A stretch of DNA of 64,000 bases. It comes from Octopus vulgaris (Eukaryota). The stretch lies in contig OX597816.1 of the NCBI GenBank assembly GCA_951406725.2, positions 172,236,001 to 172,300,000 of the forward strand. The letters run 5' to 3'. Below the pieces are notes generated by a model that was not told where the DNA came from, searched no databases, and saw nothing but the letters and a program-made list of their open reading frames with translations. Shown piece after piece: positions 13,541 through 26,480 of this stretch. The position numbers and the translations under genes are program-made. Position 1 is the stretch's first letter. Each line of letters starts with the position of its first letter.

Positions 13541-14060
13541 GACTAAAAACGTCAGCAGGAAGAAGGGAAGGAGAGAAAAAAAAACAAATGTTCGGATTTC
13601 TGTTCGTCTGTTTCACGTACCACCGTACTGAATGGCTTCTGTATGGTTCCGACTTTCGTTGTCGATCGCAATATCTGGTTGCAAAAACAGAATAATCGAA
13701 TTAATAGATGAAAAACAGCTGAGGTACTTGGCCGTACCTCGACATTTTTCCTCAAAGCTTTCTTGTTTTTCTCAATAAACAAGCATCAGTGCCCCCCTAC
13801 GGAGAAGGGACGTAACTCGCTTTATTTATCGTCTGCCAAGTAAGTTGCTTTACTTCGAGGCGAAGAAGTTTGTAGCATCTTTGGGAAGGAGGAGGAACGC
13901 AAAAAAGATAAGCAGAGAGTCTGTGAGAGAGAGGCAGGGAGGGGGAGGGAAAGGGGAGGGAAGGAGGAGGAACGCAAAGATAAGCAGAGAGTCTATGAGA
14001 GAGAGGCAGGGAGGGGAAGGGAGAGTTAGGGAAGGGGAGGGAAGGAGGAGGAATGGAACT
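13541..14060 (-). promoter_or_regulatory. Putative ATG2 5' UTR/promoter region
   Basis: Unique, relatively CpG-rich sequence directly upstream of the ATG. It includes a purine-rich tandem duplication and G-tracts at 13883-14053. The TSS cannot be determined. Confidence 0.5.
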
Positions 14061-14277
14061 ATAAATAGATCTGACTTTGTTTACACTTGAAAATATGAAA
14101 ACAGAGACACGACGGTCTTGTATGAAAATGTATATATATATATGTATGTATGTATATTATATTAAATTAGAGATAAAACCACTATTAGGCAAATCAAACA
14201 GTGAAAAACATAAGCCAATACATAGAATTAATCTAATTTATATTATTTGAAATATATATATAAAAAGTATTAAAAGT

Positions 14278-14281
<4 letters not shown>

Positions 14282-14315
<34 letters not shown>

Positions 14316-15427
14316 TGTATGTATATATATATATATGTTTGTATGTATATATATATGTTTGTATGTATATATATATGTTTGTATGTATATATATATATAT
14401 ATATATGTTTGTATGTATATATATGTTTGTATGTATATATATATATGTTTGTATGTATATATATATATATATATATATATGTTTGTATGTATATATATAT
14501 ATATGTTTGTATGTATATATATATATATGTTTGTATGTATATATATATATATATATATATATGTTTGTATGTATATATATATATATGTTTGTATGTATAT
14601 ATATATATATGTTTGTATGTATATATATATATGTTTGTATGTATATATATATATGTTTGTATGTATATATATATATATATGTGTTTGTATGTATATATAT
14701 GTTTGTATGTATATATATATATGTTTGTATGTATATATATGTTTGTATGTATATATATATATGTTTGTATATCTCTCTCTATATAAACGGCAGTTTGTCT
14801 GTGCGTTTTCTGTGTGTCTGTTTTCTCGTACCCTCATCCTGACCACGGCTTTCAACCGATTCTGATGAAACTTGACACACACATAGCCCAATGTCATAAT
14901 TCAAAACTAACGCAGCGAAAATTTTGAAAAGTTCCCCCAGTTCTGAAAAAAATCGATAAATTCGACATGGGGTCGAGAATCAGAAACCCAAACCACAGAC
15001 CGTCTAGGGGACGCAACTCCACCTTTATTAACTCTCAAAAAAAATTTACCATAATTTTTTTTCCATTTTTTTGCTATTTTTTGGCTATAACTCTCTAAAA
15101 AGGCTTTATAGTTATTTCCCTTACAAACCCGAGCAACGCCGGGCGATACTGCTAGTATATATATATATATATATATATGTTTGTATGTATATATATGTTT
15201 GTATGTATATATATATATGTTTGTATGTATATATATATATATATATATGTTTGTATGTATATATATATATATGTTTGTATGTATATATATATATGTTTGT
15301 ATGTATATATATATATGTTTGTATGTATATATATATGTATGTATGTATATATATGTATGTATGTATATATATATATATGTTTGTATGTATATATATATAT
15401 ATGTTTGTATGCATATATATATATGTT

Positions 15428-15469
<42 letters not shown>

Positions 15470-15779
15470 TGTATGTATATATATATATATGTTTGTATGT
15501 ATATATATATATGTTTGTATGTATATATATATTTGTATGTATATATATATATGTTTGTATGTATATATATATATGTTTGTATATATATATATATGTTTGT
15601 ATGTATATATAGATATATGTTTGTATGTATATATGTTTGTATGTATATATATGTTTGTATGTATATATATATATATATGTTTGTATATATATATATATGT
15701 TTGTATGTATATATATGTTTGTATGTATATATATATATATATATATGTTTGTATGTATATATATATGTTTGTATGAATG

Positions 15780-15830
<51 letters not shown>

Positions 15831-15870
15831 AGAGAGAGAGAGAGAGGGAGAGAGAGAGAGGGAGAGAGAG
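14282..15870. repeat. Compound microsatellite [(TA)n-GTTTGTATG]n followed by (GA)n, interrupted by a Helitron
   Basis: Directly visible; it is the source of the YIYMFVC-type ORFs. Confidence 0.95.
14772..15155 (+). mobile_element. Non-autonomous Helitron, variant 5' half
   Basis: 5' TC..TATATAAA and 3' CCCGAGCAACGCCGGG-CGATACTG-CTAG|T; the 5' half differs from other copies. Confidence 0.8.
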
Positions 15871-16106
15871 AGTAGAAATATGTTACAAAAAGAAAATATA
15901 AAATACACGTGAAAATGTAAGGGGAAAATAAGAAAAATCAACGAAAATGCACATTGTAAATAAAAAAAGAAAAGGCTTTTTATGAAAGGTAAGGACAGAT
16001 ATATACAATTAGAAGAACTGAGGTAGTAATAAAAGTCATTATTATGAGATGATTAAAAAGTCAAAAAGCAAAGCATACCATGATTTCGTCATTGCTTTGA
16101 ATAAAA

Positions 16107-16141
<35 letters not shown>

Positions 16142-17829
16142 GTATATATATATATGTATATGTATATGTATATAATAATAATAATAAATAACAGTTACCC
16201 AATTCTTGTTTTATATACAATATATGAAAAATGATTTTTTTTTTTAAATAAAGGATATTGTTATGAATGTGTTTGTTGAGAAATATAAACAATTAATTAT
16301 AAAACTACTCAAGGATTTCTATTTACGAAAGCAAATGAACAATATAGGTAAAGGAATTAGTAAAACAATAATATAATTATAGATAATACAGTAAACAAGA
16401 AAATCATTATAGGTCATTATATAAACACGATGTGTGTTTATTGCATAAGACACAGCAGTGTAAACCGATATTCCGCATTTTTAACATTTGTTGTTTTTTG
16501 TTCTTTATTTTATGTTTTTATTTAACTTTTAAGGTACGATCTTCGTTTTGGTGCTGAAGTTGAGCGCACCTGGCGCACTTATGACTGCTTGGTCGGCTCA
16601 TTTTCACCTGTTACGCACTGGGGTCGATGTAATCGACTTAATCCCTTTGTCTGTCCTTGTTTGTCCCTTCTGTGTTTAGCTCCTTGTGGGTAGTAAAGAG
16701 ATATATATGAATGCTATTTTAATTTTCGTCTGAATCCAGAACAGCATATTTCTAAACAATAACAGGCAGAGCCAAGTAAAAGCAGTAGAAATAACGAAGG
16801 TGGACGTGGATTGAACCTTAAACATTCATTTCTGATTTAGGCACAAGGCCAGCAAATTGGGCGAAGAGATTAGGGATCTTTTCCTTTTGATGGACGAGAT
16901 CAGTCGATAATATCGATTCCATTTTTTGACCGATTCTCTATTTTCTTTTATCCCGCAAGCATGAAAGGAAAATCTGACCTCAGCGGGATTTGAACTCTGT
17001 GCCGTAACTAAATACTACTAAAACATTTTTGTCTAAGGGTTCTAATAATTCTGCCCATCCACTTTGATTTAATTCCTATCGATCCTGAGATAAAATTTCG
17101 TCGACTCTTAATTCCCACCTTTTACTCTTATTGTTTGTAAACGTACTGTTACTAAATGTTTCAATACTTTGCACTGCGCACCAAAAGCCAATGTGAGAGT
17201 TTTTCATAACTACCGCAGTATTGTTTGTTGTAAAACAACATCCACGTGTAAGTGTGGGGGATAAATATTGAACTCGGTAATTATACCTCTGTTAATAGAG
17301 CTTCTGCTGTTAATAAATAGTTTCTTGAAGTATAACTAACTTTTCTTCTTAACCAGAGCGAAAATGTTTATTTTAAAACAAGATGAACCAAAAAGACTGG
17401 TTAAAAATTCGCCAGGGAAATGGTAATAAGATGAAGAAATGACTCTGAATGAAAGAAAAAGGCAAAAATGAAAACATCTTCGATAACGACAACAACAATA
17501 AGTAGTAACAACAGCAGCAGCAGCAATAAAAGATAAAACCAGAAATAGTGCTGATGAAATGAAGATTTATATACTACTGGTACTCAAAAGAATACGTGTA
17601 CATATGTACCTACATACACCTATTTAGTCATTCATTTACACTTTGTCAATACTATTTCTAATCCCATCTACACACACACACATATGTATAGGGGTCATTG
17701 TTCGCACTGGTGTCCTTTAGACCACATACTGACCACCTTAACATTACACAAAAAGTACTGGTCCATTAAAACTCGCCTGAGCAAAAGAAACGATGCTACT
17801 CGACTGTTCCGTAAACAAAATAACAACAT

Positions 17830-18420
17830 TCAGCATATACATGTGCGCGCGCACAACACACACAAACGCCTATATGTATCTGAGTACACACATATACATA
17901 TATGTACACATATGCCTACAAACACACACACACAAACGCATATATGTACATCAACACACACACCTATACATATATGTACACATACGCCTACAAACACACA
18001 AATGCATATATGTACATGAACACACACATATATACGTATATGTACACATATGCCGACAAACACACACACAAGCAAACACGCATTTATATATATGAACACA
18101 CATACATATATATACACATACACACACACAAACGCATATATGTACATGAACACACACACACATACATATATGTACACATACGCCTACAAACACACACACA
18201 CAAACACGCATTTATATATATGAAGACTTTGCCTTTCATCCTTTCAGGGTCGATAAATTAAGTACCAGTTACGCACTGGGGTCGATGTAATCGACTTAAT
18301 CCGTTTGTCTGTCCTTGTTTGTCCCCACTGAGTTTAGCCCCTTGTGGGTAGTTAAGAAATATATATATAAATGAACACTCACATATACATATATGTACAC
18401 ATACGCCTACAAACACACAC
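17830..18420. repeat. CA/TA-rich minisatellite (cacatatacatatatgtacacatacgcctacaaacaca variants) with a partial family B SINE at 18225-18360
   Basis: Directly visible repeated motif. Confidence 0.8.
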
Positions 18421-18470
18421 ATGTAAAGAGTGATATAGAAATTAACTACTTGCACTTTGAAACACATTTC

Positions 18471-18886
18471 GGATCTTTTCGGTTTGAACGGCAGTTTTTA
18501 ACATAATTTCTAGGTAACTAAACACTTTTAAACTTCGTATACTGGTAGAATGTGTTTATAAAACATCTTTTTCTCTTGGCTTTATTGAGAAAATTCTATA
18601 GTTTGTAAGATATTTGTTGGTTTCTTTTTTCAATTTCTGCAATTTCAACCAATCACTGACGTCTTTTGAGGTAAAAAACATTCTGTACCGTATGAATATG
18701 TCCCTCGTTTAAGAAACAGATTGGGTTTATTTACATTTGTGAAGAAAAAAAGATACCCTTCCCCCACCCCTAACCCTAACCCTAAAACAGATTGAAATGC
18801 AATAAATCGATACTAAGGTCATAATTATGGGTAACAATTTCATATGACACCGCTAGAAAAAACTGCCGTTCAAACCGAAAAGATCC
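18471..18886 (+). mobile_element. MITE with ~29-bp TIR GGATCTTTTCGGTTTGAACGGCAGTTTTT, 8-bp TSD and internal (CCCTAA)3
   Basis: TIRs at both ends; TSD CACATTTC at 18463-18470 and 18887-18894. Confidence 0.9.
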
Positions 18887-19103
18887 CACATTTCGCAAGC
18901 AGTGAGAATTTGATGTCCTTTCTTCGATTGTCATTGAAAAAGGGAAGAAGTTCAGCAGATATTTCATGGTCATCACAACTTGAATCATAACATATCTCTC
19001 CGATCAAAATCGGGCAACAGCTTAACATATGATGTTGGAACAGATATTTCGGCTAATCTATGAGAAAATTTCCATAAACTATTAATAATTTGCTTTTCTT
19101 TAA

Positions 19104-19323
19104 CCCTTTTGTTACTATATTTATTTTGAGATGCTCTGTGTTTGTTTCAATTATTTTGAATATAACAAAGAATTTAGTAAAATAACTTAGTTATCATTAA
19201 GCTAGTGTTAGGAACATAAATTGTGACTAAGGCTTGGTGGAATATTTTAATTCAAAACTTCTGAAAACAAGACATTTTACCACAGAGCCAGAGCTGGTTT
19301 TAGCCGGGTTAGTAACAAAAGGG
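19104..19323. mobile_element. piggyBac-like MITE (TTAA TSD, CCCTTT...AAAGGG TIR)
   Basis: TTAA|CCCTTTTGTTACT ... AGTAACAAAAGGG|TTAA; second copy at 55340-55560. Confidence 0.85.
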
Positions 19324-19550
19324 TTAAAGCAATTTTATCTTATTTGCCTCACCTGAAAAAAATTGTATTCTATTCCAATTAAAAGGCAATGGAACGACAA
19401 AGATCAATCTTGTCTATGTTTTCAGTTAGAAATTCTAAAACTTCCAAAAATCTGCGAAATTGAAATTGAGATTTCTTCCATTTCAAATCAACCATAGTTG
19501 AATCTGCATCATTACACCATCCTTTAACTGCTTTACTAGCTGATGTTATA

Positions 19551-19940
19551 CAGGAGTGGCTGTGTGGTAAGTAGCTTGCTAACCAACCACATGGTTTCGG
19601 GTTCAGTCCCACTGCGTGGCATCTTGGGCAAGTGTCTTCTACTATAGCCCCGGGCCGACCAATGCCTTGTGAGTGGATTTGGTAGACGGAAACTGAAAGA
19701 AGCCTGTCGTATATATATATGTATGTGAGTCTGTGTTTGTCCCCCTAGCATTGCTTGACAACCGATACTGGTGTGTTTACGTCCCCGTCACTTAGCGGTT
19801 CAGAAAAAGAGACCGATAGAATAAGTACTGGGCTTACAAAGAATAAGTCCCGGGGTCGATTTGCTCGACTAAAGTCGGTGTTCCAGCATGGCTTCAGTCA
19901 AATGACTGAAACAAGTAAAAGAGTAAAAAGAGAGAGAGAG
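19551..19940 (+). mobile_element. SINE family A
   Basis: Matches family A. Confidence 0.85.
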
Positions 19941-20716
19941 AGAGTAACCTACAGAACTTGATGTGTTTCCCAAATTCGATTTGTCTGGATGATGCCATGT
20001 CAACCAAAACAGTACGGTAATGATTCCATGTCAACTAAAACAATACAGTAAAAAAAATGGCAGATCTTGTTTAGAATTCTCTTGTGGTTCAATGGCAGAT
20101 CTTGTTAAGAATTCTCAGTTCGGTCTAAAGCTTCTCTCTGCAATTGCTGTTGTTATTTCTGTGATCCCAGAATGCTGGCAATAATGTTGAAGATGAAGGA
20201 TATACTTACTGGTATAATGTCTCATCAAGAAGCGTGTATTTTAGCAGGCATTAGAATTTTGTCGCACATAAAAATCCTATGAAAGTTTGGCCTGAAAGGC
20301 AGAAACGAAGAACAACCAATCAGAATGTATCTACAATGGTGAATGAATACCAACTGAAAAAAAAAAAATCAGTATTATTTACAATCTATTGTAGAAGTGA
20401 TTCCATTTTTATGCGTTAAAGAAGTTGCATTTCGGAGTGATTTCAATAGAAATATCACCTGTCTTCTGAACTATTTTTATGGCTTTTTAATATACTCCTA
20501 CAAAAGATTCCAAATTGGAAAAAAAGAAAAAAGCATATTTTCAACGGCACCTAAAAATGTGTTGTACACATCTGCTATGATGCAAAATGAAAATATACAA
20601 TTTATGAAAGATGTTTTGGATCAGATAAATGATGACATTCGTCACTCTGATACCCCTTTCTTTACAATTAAGTATGATGGTACTCGTGATCCTACAAATA
20701 TCTAAAATATTTCAAT

Positions 20717-21113
20717 AGGCGCAGGAGTGGCTATGTGGTAAGTAGCTTGTTAACCAACCACATGGTTCCGGGTTCAGTCCCACTGCGTGGCACCTTGGGC
20801 AAGTGTCTTCTACAATAGCCTTGGGCCGACCAAAGCATTGTGAGTGGATTTGGTAGACGGAAACTGAAAGAAGCCCATCGTATATATGTATATATATATG
20901 TTTGTTTGTCTGTGTTTGTCCCCCTAGCATTGCTTGACAACCGATGCTGGTGTGTTTATGTCCCTGTCACTTAGCGGTTCGGCAAAAGAAACCGATAGAA
21001 TAAGTACTGGGCTTACAAAGAATAAGTCCTGGGGCTGAGGTTGCTCGATTAAAGGTGGTGCTCCAGCATGGCTGCAGTCAAATGACTGAAACAAGTAAAA
21101 GAGTAAAAGAGAG
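20717..21113 (+). mobile_element. SINE family A inserted in the hAT transposase
   Basis: Full copy; transposase motifs resume on either side. Confidence 0.85.
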
Positions 21114-21828
21114 AATTGTGAGGTTTGTAAAAGTAGGGATCGTGTCAGAAAGTCTTATCGTTTTAACTATGAGCAAAGACTCTATGATTGAAAGTTTGGC
21201 CAATGCAATTATTCAAAGTATGCTGGGCAAAAACCAGAAAGCATTTTATCTCAGTGTTATGATGGTGCCTCAGTAATGTCTAGCTGTACCATTGGTGTTC
21301 TGAAAATTGGAAAGGAAATTCCATATGTGCACCTTTAATCATCAGTTGCATTTGGTTGTAGTCCACACAATTGAAGAGATTAGGGACGCAAAACTGTGTT
21401 TTGGAGCTTGCAAGGCTCCATTGTAACTTTCTGAATCGACTAAAATTATTTACTCCCTGCAAAGGTACACATTTGAAGCGATTATTGGAACAACGGTGAT
21501 CAGGGCATCAAGCAACTGTTATCGCTATGCGTACTGATCATGAATATATAGTGCAAGTGCTTCGACCATACAGAACACAACATTACTGACATAACCATCA
21601 GAATTTAGGCAACTGGTATTTTGAAACAGATTAGCCTCAAATTTATCTTCATTACGATTCTTTTTGAAAATATTCTGAAAGATCTTGATGTGCCAAATTG
21701 TTACGTCAGAACTATGATTTGTCTGAAGGAGAACATCTTATAAATATTGTATTGAAGATTTTGAAAAAAGTGAGAAAACACAAAGGAAAATTTTACAGCA
21801 TTTTCTCTCAGACGAAGACATTCACCTG

Positions 21829-22234
21829 GGATCTTTTCCGTTTGAACGGCAGTTTTTTCTAGCACTGTCATATAAAATTGTTACCCATAATTATGACCCT
21901 AGAATCGATCTATTGTATTTCAATCTGTTTTAGGGGTGGGGGGAAGGGTATCTTTTTTCTTCACAAATGTAAATAAACCCAATCTGTTTCTTAAACGAGG
22001 GACATATTCATACGGCACAGAATGTAGTTTACCTCAATGGACGTCAGTGATTGGTTGAAATTGCAGAAATTGAAGAAAAAAAAAACAACAAATATCTTAC
22101 AAACTACAGAATTTTCTCAAGAAAGCCAAGAGAAAAAGATGTTTTATAAACACATTCTACCAATATACAAAGTTTAGAATTTTTTAGTTACCTAGAAATT
22201 ATGTTAAAAACTGCCGTTCAAACCGAAAAGATCC
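21829..22234 (-). mobile_element. GGATC-TIR MITE (reverse orientation) inserted in the hAT transposase
   Basis: Reverse complement of 18471-18886; TSD degenerate. Confidence 0.85.
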
Positions 22235-22587
22235 CATTTACGAAATGTAGAAGACGATTGATCTATTCCTCAAGGTATGTATAAAGTTCCAGAATACATT
22301 ATACAATCATCAGGAATGATTTCAACGCTAGGTCAAGAAGATTCTGATTATAAAATATGTACTTTTTATTCATATATACAACAGTATTTTTGATATCAGA
22401 ATTGGAGAACTTCAAAGTTGCTTTAATGAATGCAACATGAGAATATTTGCAGCTATAGAAGCTTTGTCTGCTGAATTAGAAGCAGTTTTATCTCCTATTT
22501 CTGAACTCGTGAGCATAAACTATTAATATATGGACAGCTCATTTTACAACGAACCATGCGTTGCCAAATGTTACAGTTTAGAAAACA

Positions 22588-22965
22588 CTAGCAGTATCGC
22601 CCGGCGTTGCTCGGGTTTGTAAGGGAAATAACTATATAAGCATTTTTAGAGATGTAAAGTATAATAGCCATCTCAATATGGCTAACCACAAAGGGGGGGG
22701 GTTACTGTAGCTTTTTTAAATAAATTTTTAGAGAGTTACTTCCCTTATATATGCCAAAAATGCATTAAAAATGGGAAAAATTATGGTAATTTTTTTTTAA
22801 ATCGTAGACTCATCGTAGACGCACTAATACCCAGAAGTGCTCGATATGAATCACGACTATAAGATACCCGGTTTTGGTTAAACTGCACCGCAAAGTGTGG
22901 GAGTAGTTAGGAATCTAAATCGTAGGAGACAGACAGCACACAACCTCACTTTTATATATAAAGAT
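22588..22965 (-). mobile_element. Non-autonomous Helitron inserted in the hAT transposase
   Basis: CTAG plus hairpin end and TCTTTATATATAAAAG start on the minus strand. Confidence 0.85.
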
Positions 22966-23139
22966 TACATCTAAAAAGCTGCCAAGCATCTTCTCCTCAC
23001 TATATTCATTTAAGGCTGCTTTTCCATATATCTACAAACTGTACACTACATCCCTCACGTTAGCTGCAAGCAATGTTTCTTGCGAATCATCTTTAGCCTA
23101 TCGCTGTTCTATCGCATATCAATGACTTTGCAATACTTG

Positions 23140-23600
23140 TATTCATGGACAAGTCGAGCATGATGTCTAAGTAGTCCATGGTGGTGAGTTTCAATCCCAT
23201 GGAGGCGAGTGTGCTAATTAGATCTTTCCTAAGACTGTATAGTGTGTTCCCGTCTGCTCCTCTAGAGATGGCCAGGGTGTCATCTCTGTAGAGAGCAAAG
23301 AAGACAGAGGAACTTTTTCTAAAGGGTACCAAGGATATACAACCTGATGAGGTCACATACATCAGCACTGTTGTGGGTCCCCATTGCTACATCAAAGGAT
23401 CCCACGGGGTCAGGTTGCTTGGCCCAGGTTGAACCTTATTGAACAGCACTGTTTTCCTGGTGTGCATAATGACATCTATATCCCTGTCGTTAACATCAGT
23501 GAAGCCCCTAGTAAAGGAAAGCACCTTGACCAGTAACCCTTTTGATATAGACGGGTAAAAATTGACCATGTTAAACTGGGTGAACTTTGCTCTGCTCTCG
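23140..23600 (-). mobile_element. Penelope-like element reverse transcriptase fragment
   Basis: FTQFNMVNFYPSISK, FDVAMG, LYRDDTLAI and DYLDIMLDL motifs typical of PLE RT. Confidence 0.75.
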
Positions 23601-24096
23601 GATTTGGTTGGGTTAATCAGACGGTAGTGTGTGTGTGTGAAATCTATGTATTCTTTTATTTGTTTCGGCCATTTGACTGAGGCCATGCTGGAGCACCACC
23701 TTGAAGGATTTTAGTCGGACAAATCAACCCCAACACGTATTTTTTAAGCTTAGTACTTATTTTATCGGTCTTCTTGGCCAAATCGCTAAGTTACAGGGAT
23801 GTAAGCACACCAACACCGGTTGTCAAGCTGTGATGGGTGCACAAATACACACACACACACAAACGATGGGCTTCTTTCAGTTTCGATCTAAATCCACTCA
23901 CAAGGCTGATTTTTTTTTACAAAATTGGTTTCAAATTTTGGCACAAGGCCAGCAATTTTAGGGATGGGCAGTAAGTTGGTATCACGGATCCCAGTGTTCA
24001 ACTAGTAATGATAGTTGTTGTTTTTTACAATTAAAGAGAAACAAAGATTGGCAGAACTGGTAAACAAAACTGATGGATTTGGCATAAATCTTTGTA

Positions 24097-24670
24097 TTTC
24101 TAATTAATTCAACAATGCTCATGGAACCACCAAAAGGTGTTGCATTTCTAATGGAAATTACTCTCGTATTAACAAAAAACTGCTTGGGCAAATGTCTTCT
24201 GCTATAGCCCCAGGCCGACCAATGCCTTGTGAGTGGATTTGGTAGACAGAAACTGAAAGAAGCCCATCTTATATATGTATATATATATATATATATATAT
24301 TTCTAATTAATTCAACAATGCTCATGGAACCACCAAAAGGTGTTGCATTTCTAATGGAAATTACTCTCGTATTAACAAAAAACTGCTTGGGCAAATGTCT
24401 TCTGCTATAGCCCCGGGCCGACCAATGCCTTGTGAGTGGATTTGGTAGACAGAAACTGAAAGAAGCCCATCTTATATATGTATATATATATATATATATA
24501 TTTCTAATTAATTCAACAATGCTCATGGAACCACCAAAAGGTGTTGCATTTCTAATGGAAATTACTCTCGTATTAACAAAAAACTGCTTGGGCAAATGTC
24601 TTCTGCTATAGCCCCAGGCCGACCAATGCCTTGTGAGTGGATTTGGTAGACAGAAACTGAAAGAAGCCCA
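24097..24670 (+). repeat. Tandem triplication (~200-bp unit) of unique DNA plus a family A SINE fragment; the SINE continues to ~24950
   Basis: Three near-identical units start ttctaattaattcaacaatgctcatgg at ~24097, 24301 and 24502. Confidence 0.9.
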
Positions 24671-24677
24671 TCGTGTA

Positions 24678-24740
<63 letters not shown>

Positions 24741-25661
24741 ACGTGTTTGTCCCCCTAGCATTGCTTGACAACCGATGCTGCTGTGTTTACGTCCCCGTCA
24801 CTTAGCGGTTCGGCAAAAGAGACCGATAGAATAAGTACTGGGCTTACAAAGAATAAGTCCCGGGGTCGAGTTGCTTGACTAAAAGGCGGTGCTCCAGCAT
24901 GGCCGCAGTCAAATGACTGAAACAAGTAAAAGAGTAAAGAGTAAAAGAGAGTATTGTAAATTTTAGATGAAACTGTGGATTCCTTTCTAAAAATTGAATA
25001 TGCTTAATCCACTTATAATTTCATGTTTTAAATCATTTCAGAGAATTCCTATCTTAAGTTTTATGATATTTTGTTATTATTTTATGAAAATGCGTTTCTG
25101 CATTCATTATTTTCTCTTTCTAGTAATTATAAATTCATTTATATGCCGTTAATTTATTCATAACTAATATTTAATATGAAGCTAACAAAGAAATAATTAA
25201 TCTTATCAATTTAAATAAGTACTTAAAAAAAGTATAGTTTTTTTTTACTATTTGCGTCCAACCTAATATGCTAAGGGAAGTAACTCTTAATGGCTCATGT
25301 GAAACTTTAACATTTATTGTGGATGAAAATTTTCAGTTCACGAAGACAAGTTTTCTTTTATATGTTTTACTTGTTACTGTCATTAGACTGCAGCCATGCT
25401 ATAGTATCGACTTGAAGGGGTTTAGTTGAATAACAAAGAATTAATAGCAGAATATCTGCTACAAATGAATATATTTTTAAACAATCTTTATTAAAAAAAG
25501 TAATGTCATTATTCTAATTAAATATGTAATTTTAATTTCTTTTTTACTGAATGAAAATTTTTTTTTTGATATGTTTTTAATATGTACATATTTTCATAAA
25601 TAAACAGAATAATAAAAATTAATATGAAATCACAAAAAGTCATAACGTTTTATGTTCAATA

Positions 25662-26448
25662 AAGGAGTGGCTGTGTGGTAAGTAGCTTGCTAACCAACCA
25701 CATGGTTCCGGGTTCTGGGTTCAACCCACTGCGTGGCATCTTGGGCAAGTGTCTTCTGCTATAGCCCCGGGTCGACCAATGCCTTGTGAGTGGATTTGGT
25801 AGACGGAAACTGAAAGAAGCCTGTCGTATATATCCTTTGTGAGCCGCTCTCCGGCTATCTATCTGCGGCTTTATATAGCTATGGTAAGACCTCATCTGGG
25901 ATTTGCATCACCGGTCTGGAACCCCTATCTTGCCCAGGACATCAATCGTCTGGAAGCTGTTCAGCGACGTGCAACCAAAAGAATACCCTCCATCAGGCAT
26001 TTGCCATATCCTGAACGCCTTACTTCCCTGGGCATGGACACATTGAAACTCCGACGTCTGGCAGCTGACCTGGCAGACACCCATAAAATTATCAACCATC
26101 GCACAAACAATAACACTGAGCACCTCTTCAAACTCCACCCATCTAACACCCGTGGACATATTTACAAAGTAAGAAAACAGCACAGCTCCCATGACTTCAG
26201 GAAACATTTTTTCACGCTGAGAGTTGCTGAAGCGTGGACCAAACTGCCGGCATCGGTTGTTAGTTGTCGGAGCACTGCATCCTTCAAGACTTCCATGCTT
26301 CCTGAGATTCGCCAACACTACACTTGATTTTCTCCCCTCCATACACACACAAGCATGTTCACTTTCCAGACATTTCTACATTACTGCATGTACTTTATAT
26401 GCACTTTCTGACAAGTTGTGGTGCACCTGAGCACTGTATACAATAATT

Positions 26449-26480
<32 letters not shown>

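Larger units (their letters stand above)
20200..23105 (+). pseudogene. Decayed hAT-superfamily transposase (ZMYM1/PRKRIR-like, DUF4371 plus hATC dimerisation domain), split by three younger insertions
   Basis: PKNVLYTSAMMQNE...FFTIKYDGTRD, IVRFV, QCYDGASVMS (~21252), NHQLHLVV, LKRLLEQR*SGH (~21472) and C-terminal AAFPYIYKLYTTSLTLAASNVSCESS (~23015-23090). Confidence 0.85.

Noticed and set aside
15904-15912. E-box/CLEAR-like CACGTG upstream of ATG2
   Set aside because: A single hexamer ~2.4 kb away, not a full GTCACGTGAC, and expected by chance.
14238-15941. Long ORFs (up to 344 aa) of Y/I/M/C/V residues, with similar ORFs at 17684-18261, 28442-29087, 34946-35856 and 44792-45316
   Set aside because: These are translations of TA/CA microsatellites that lack stop codons by chance.
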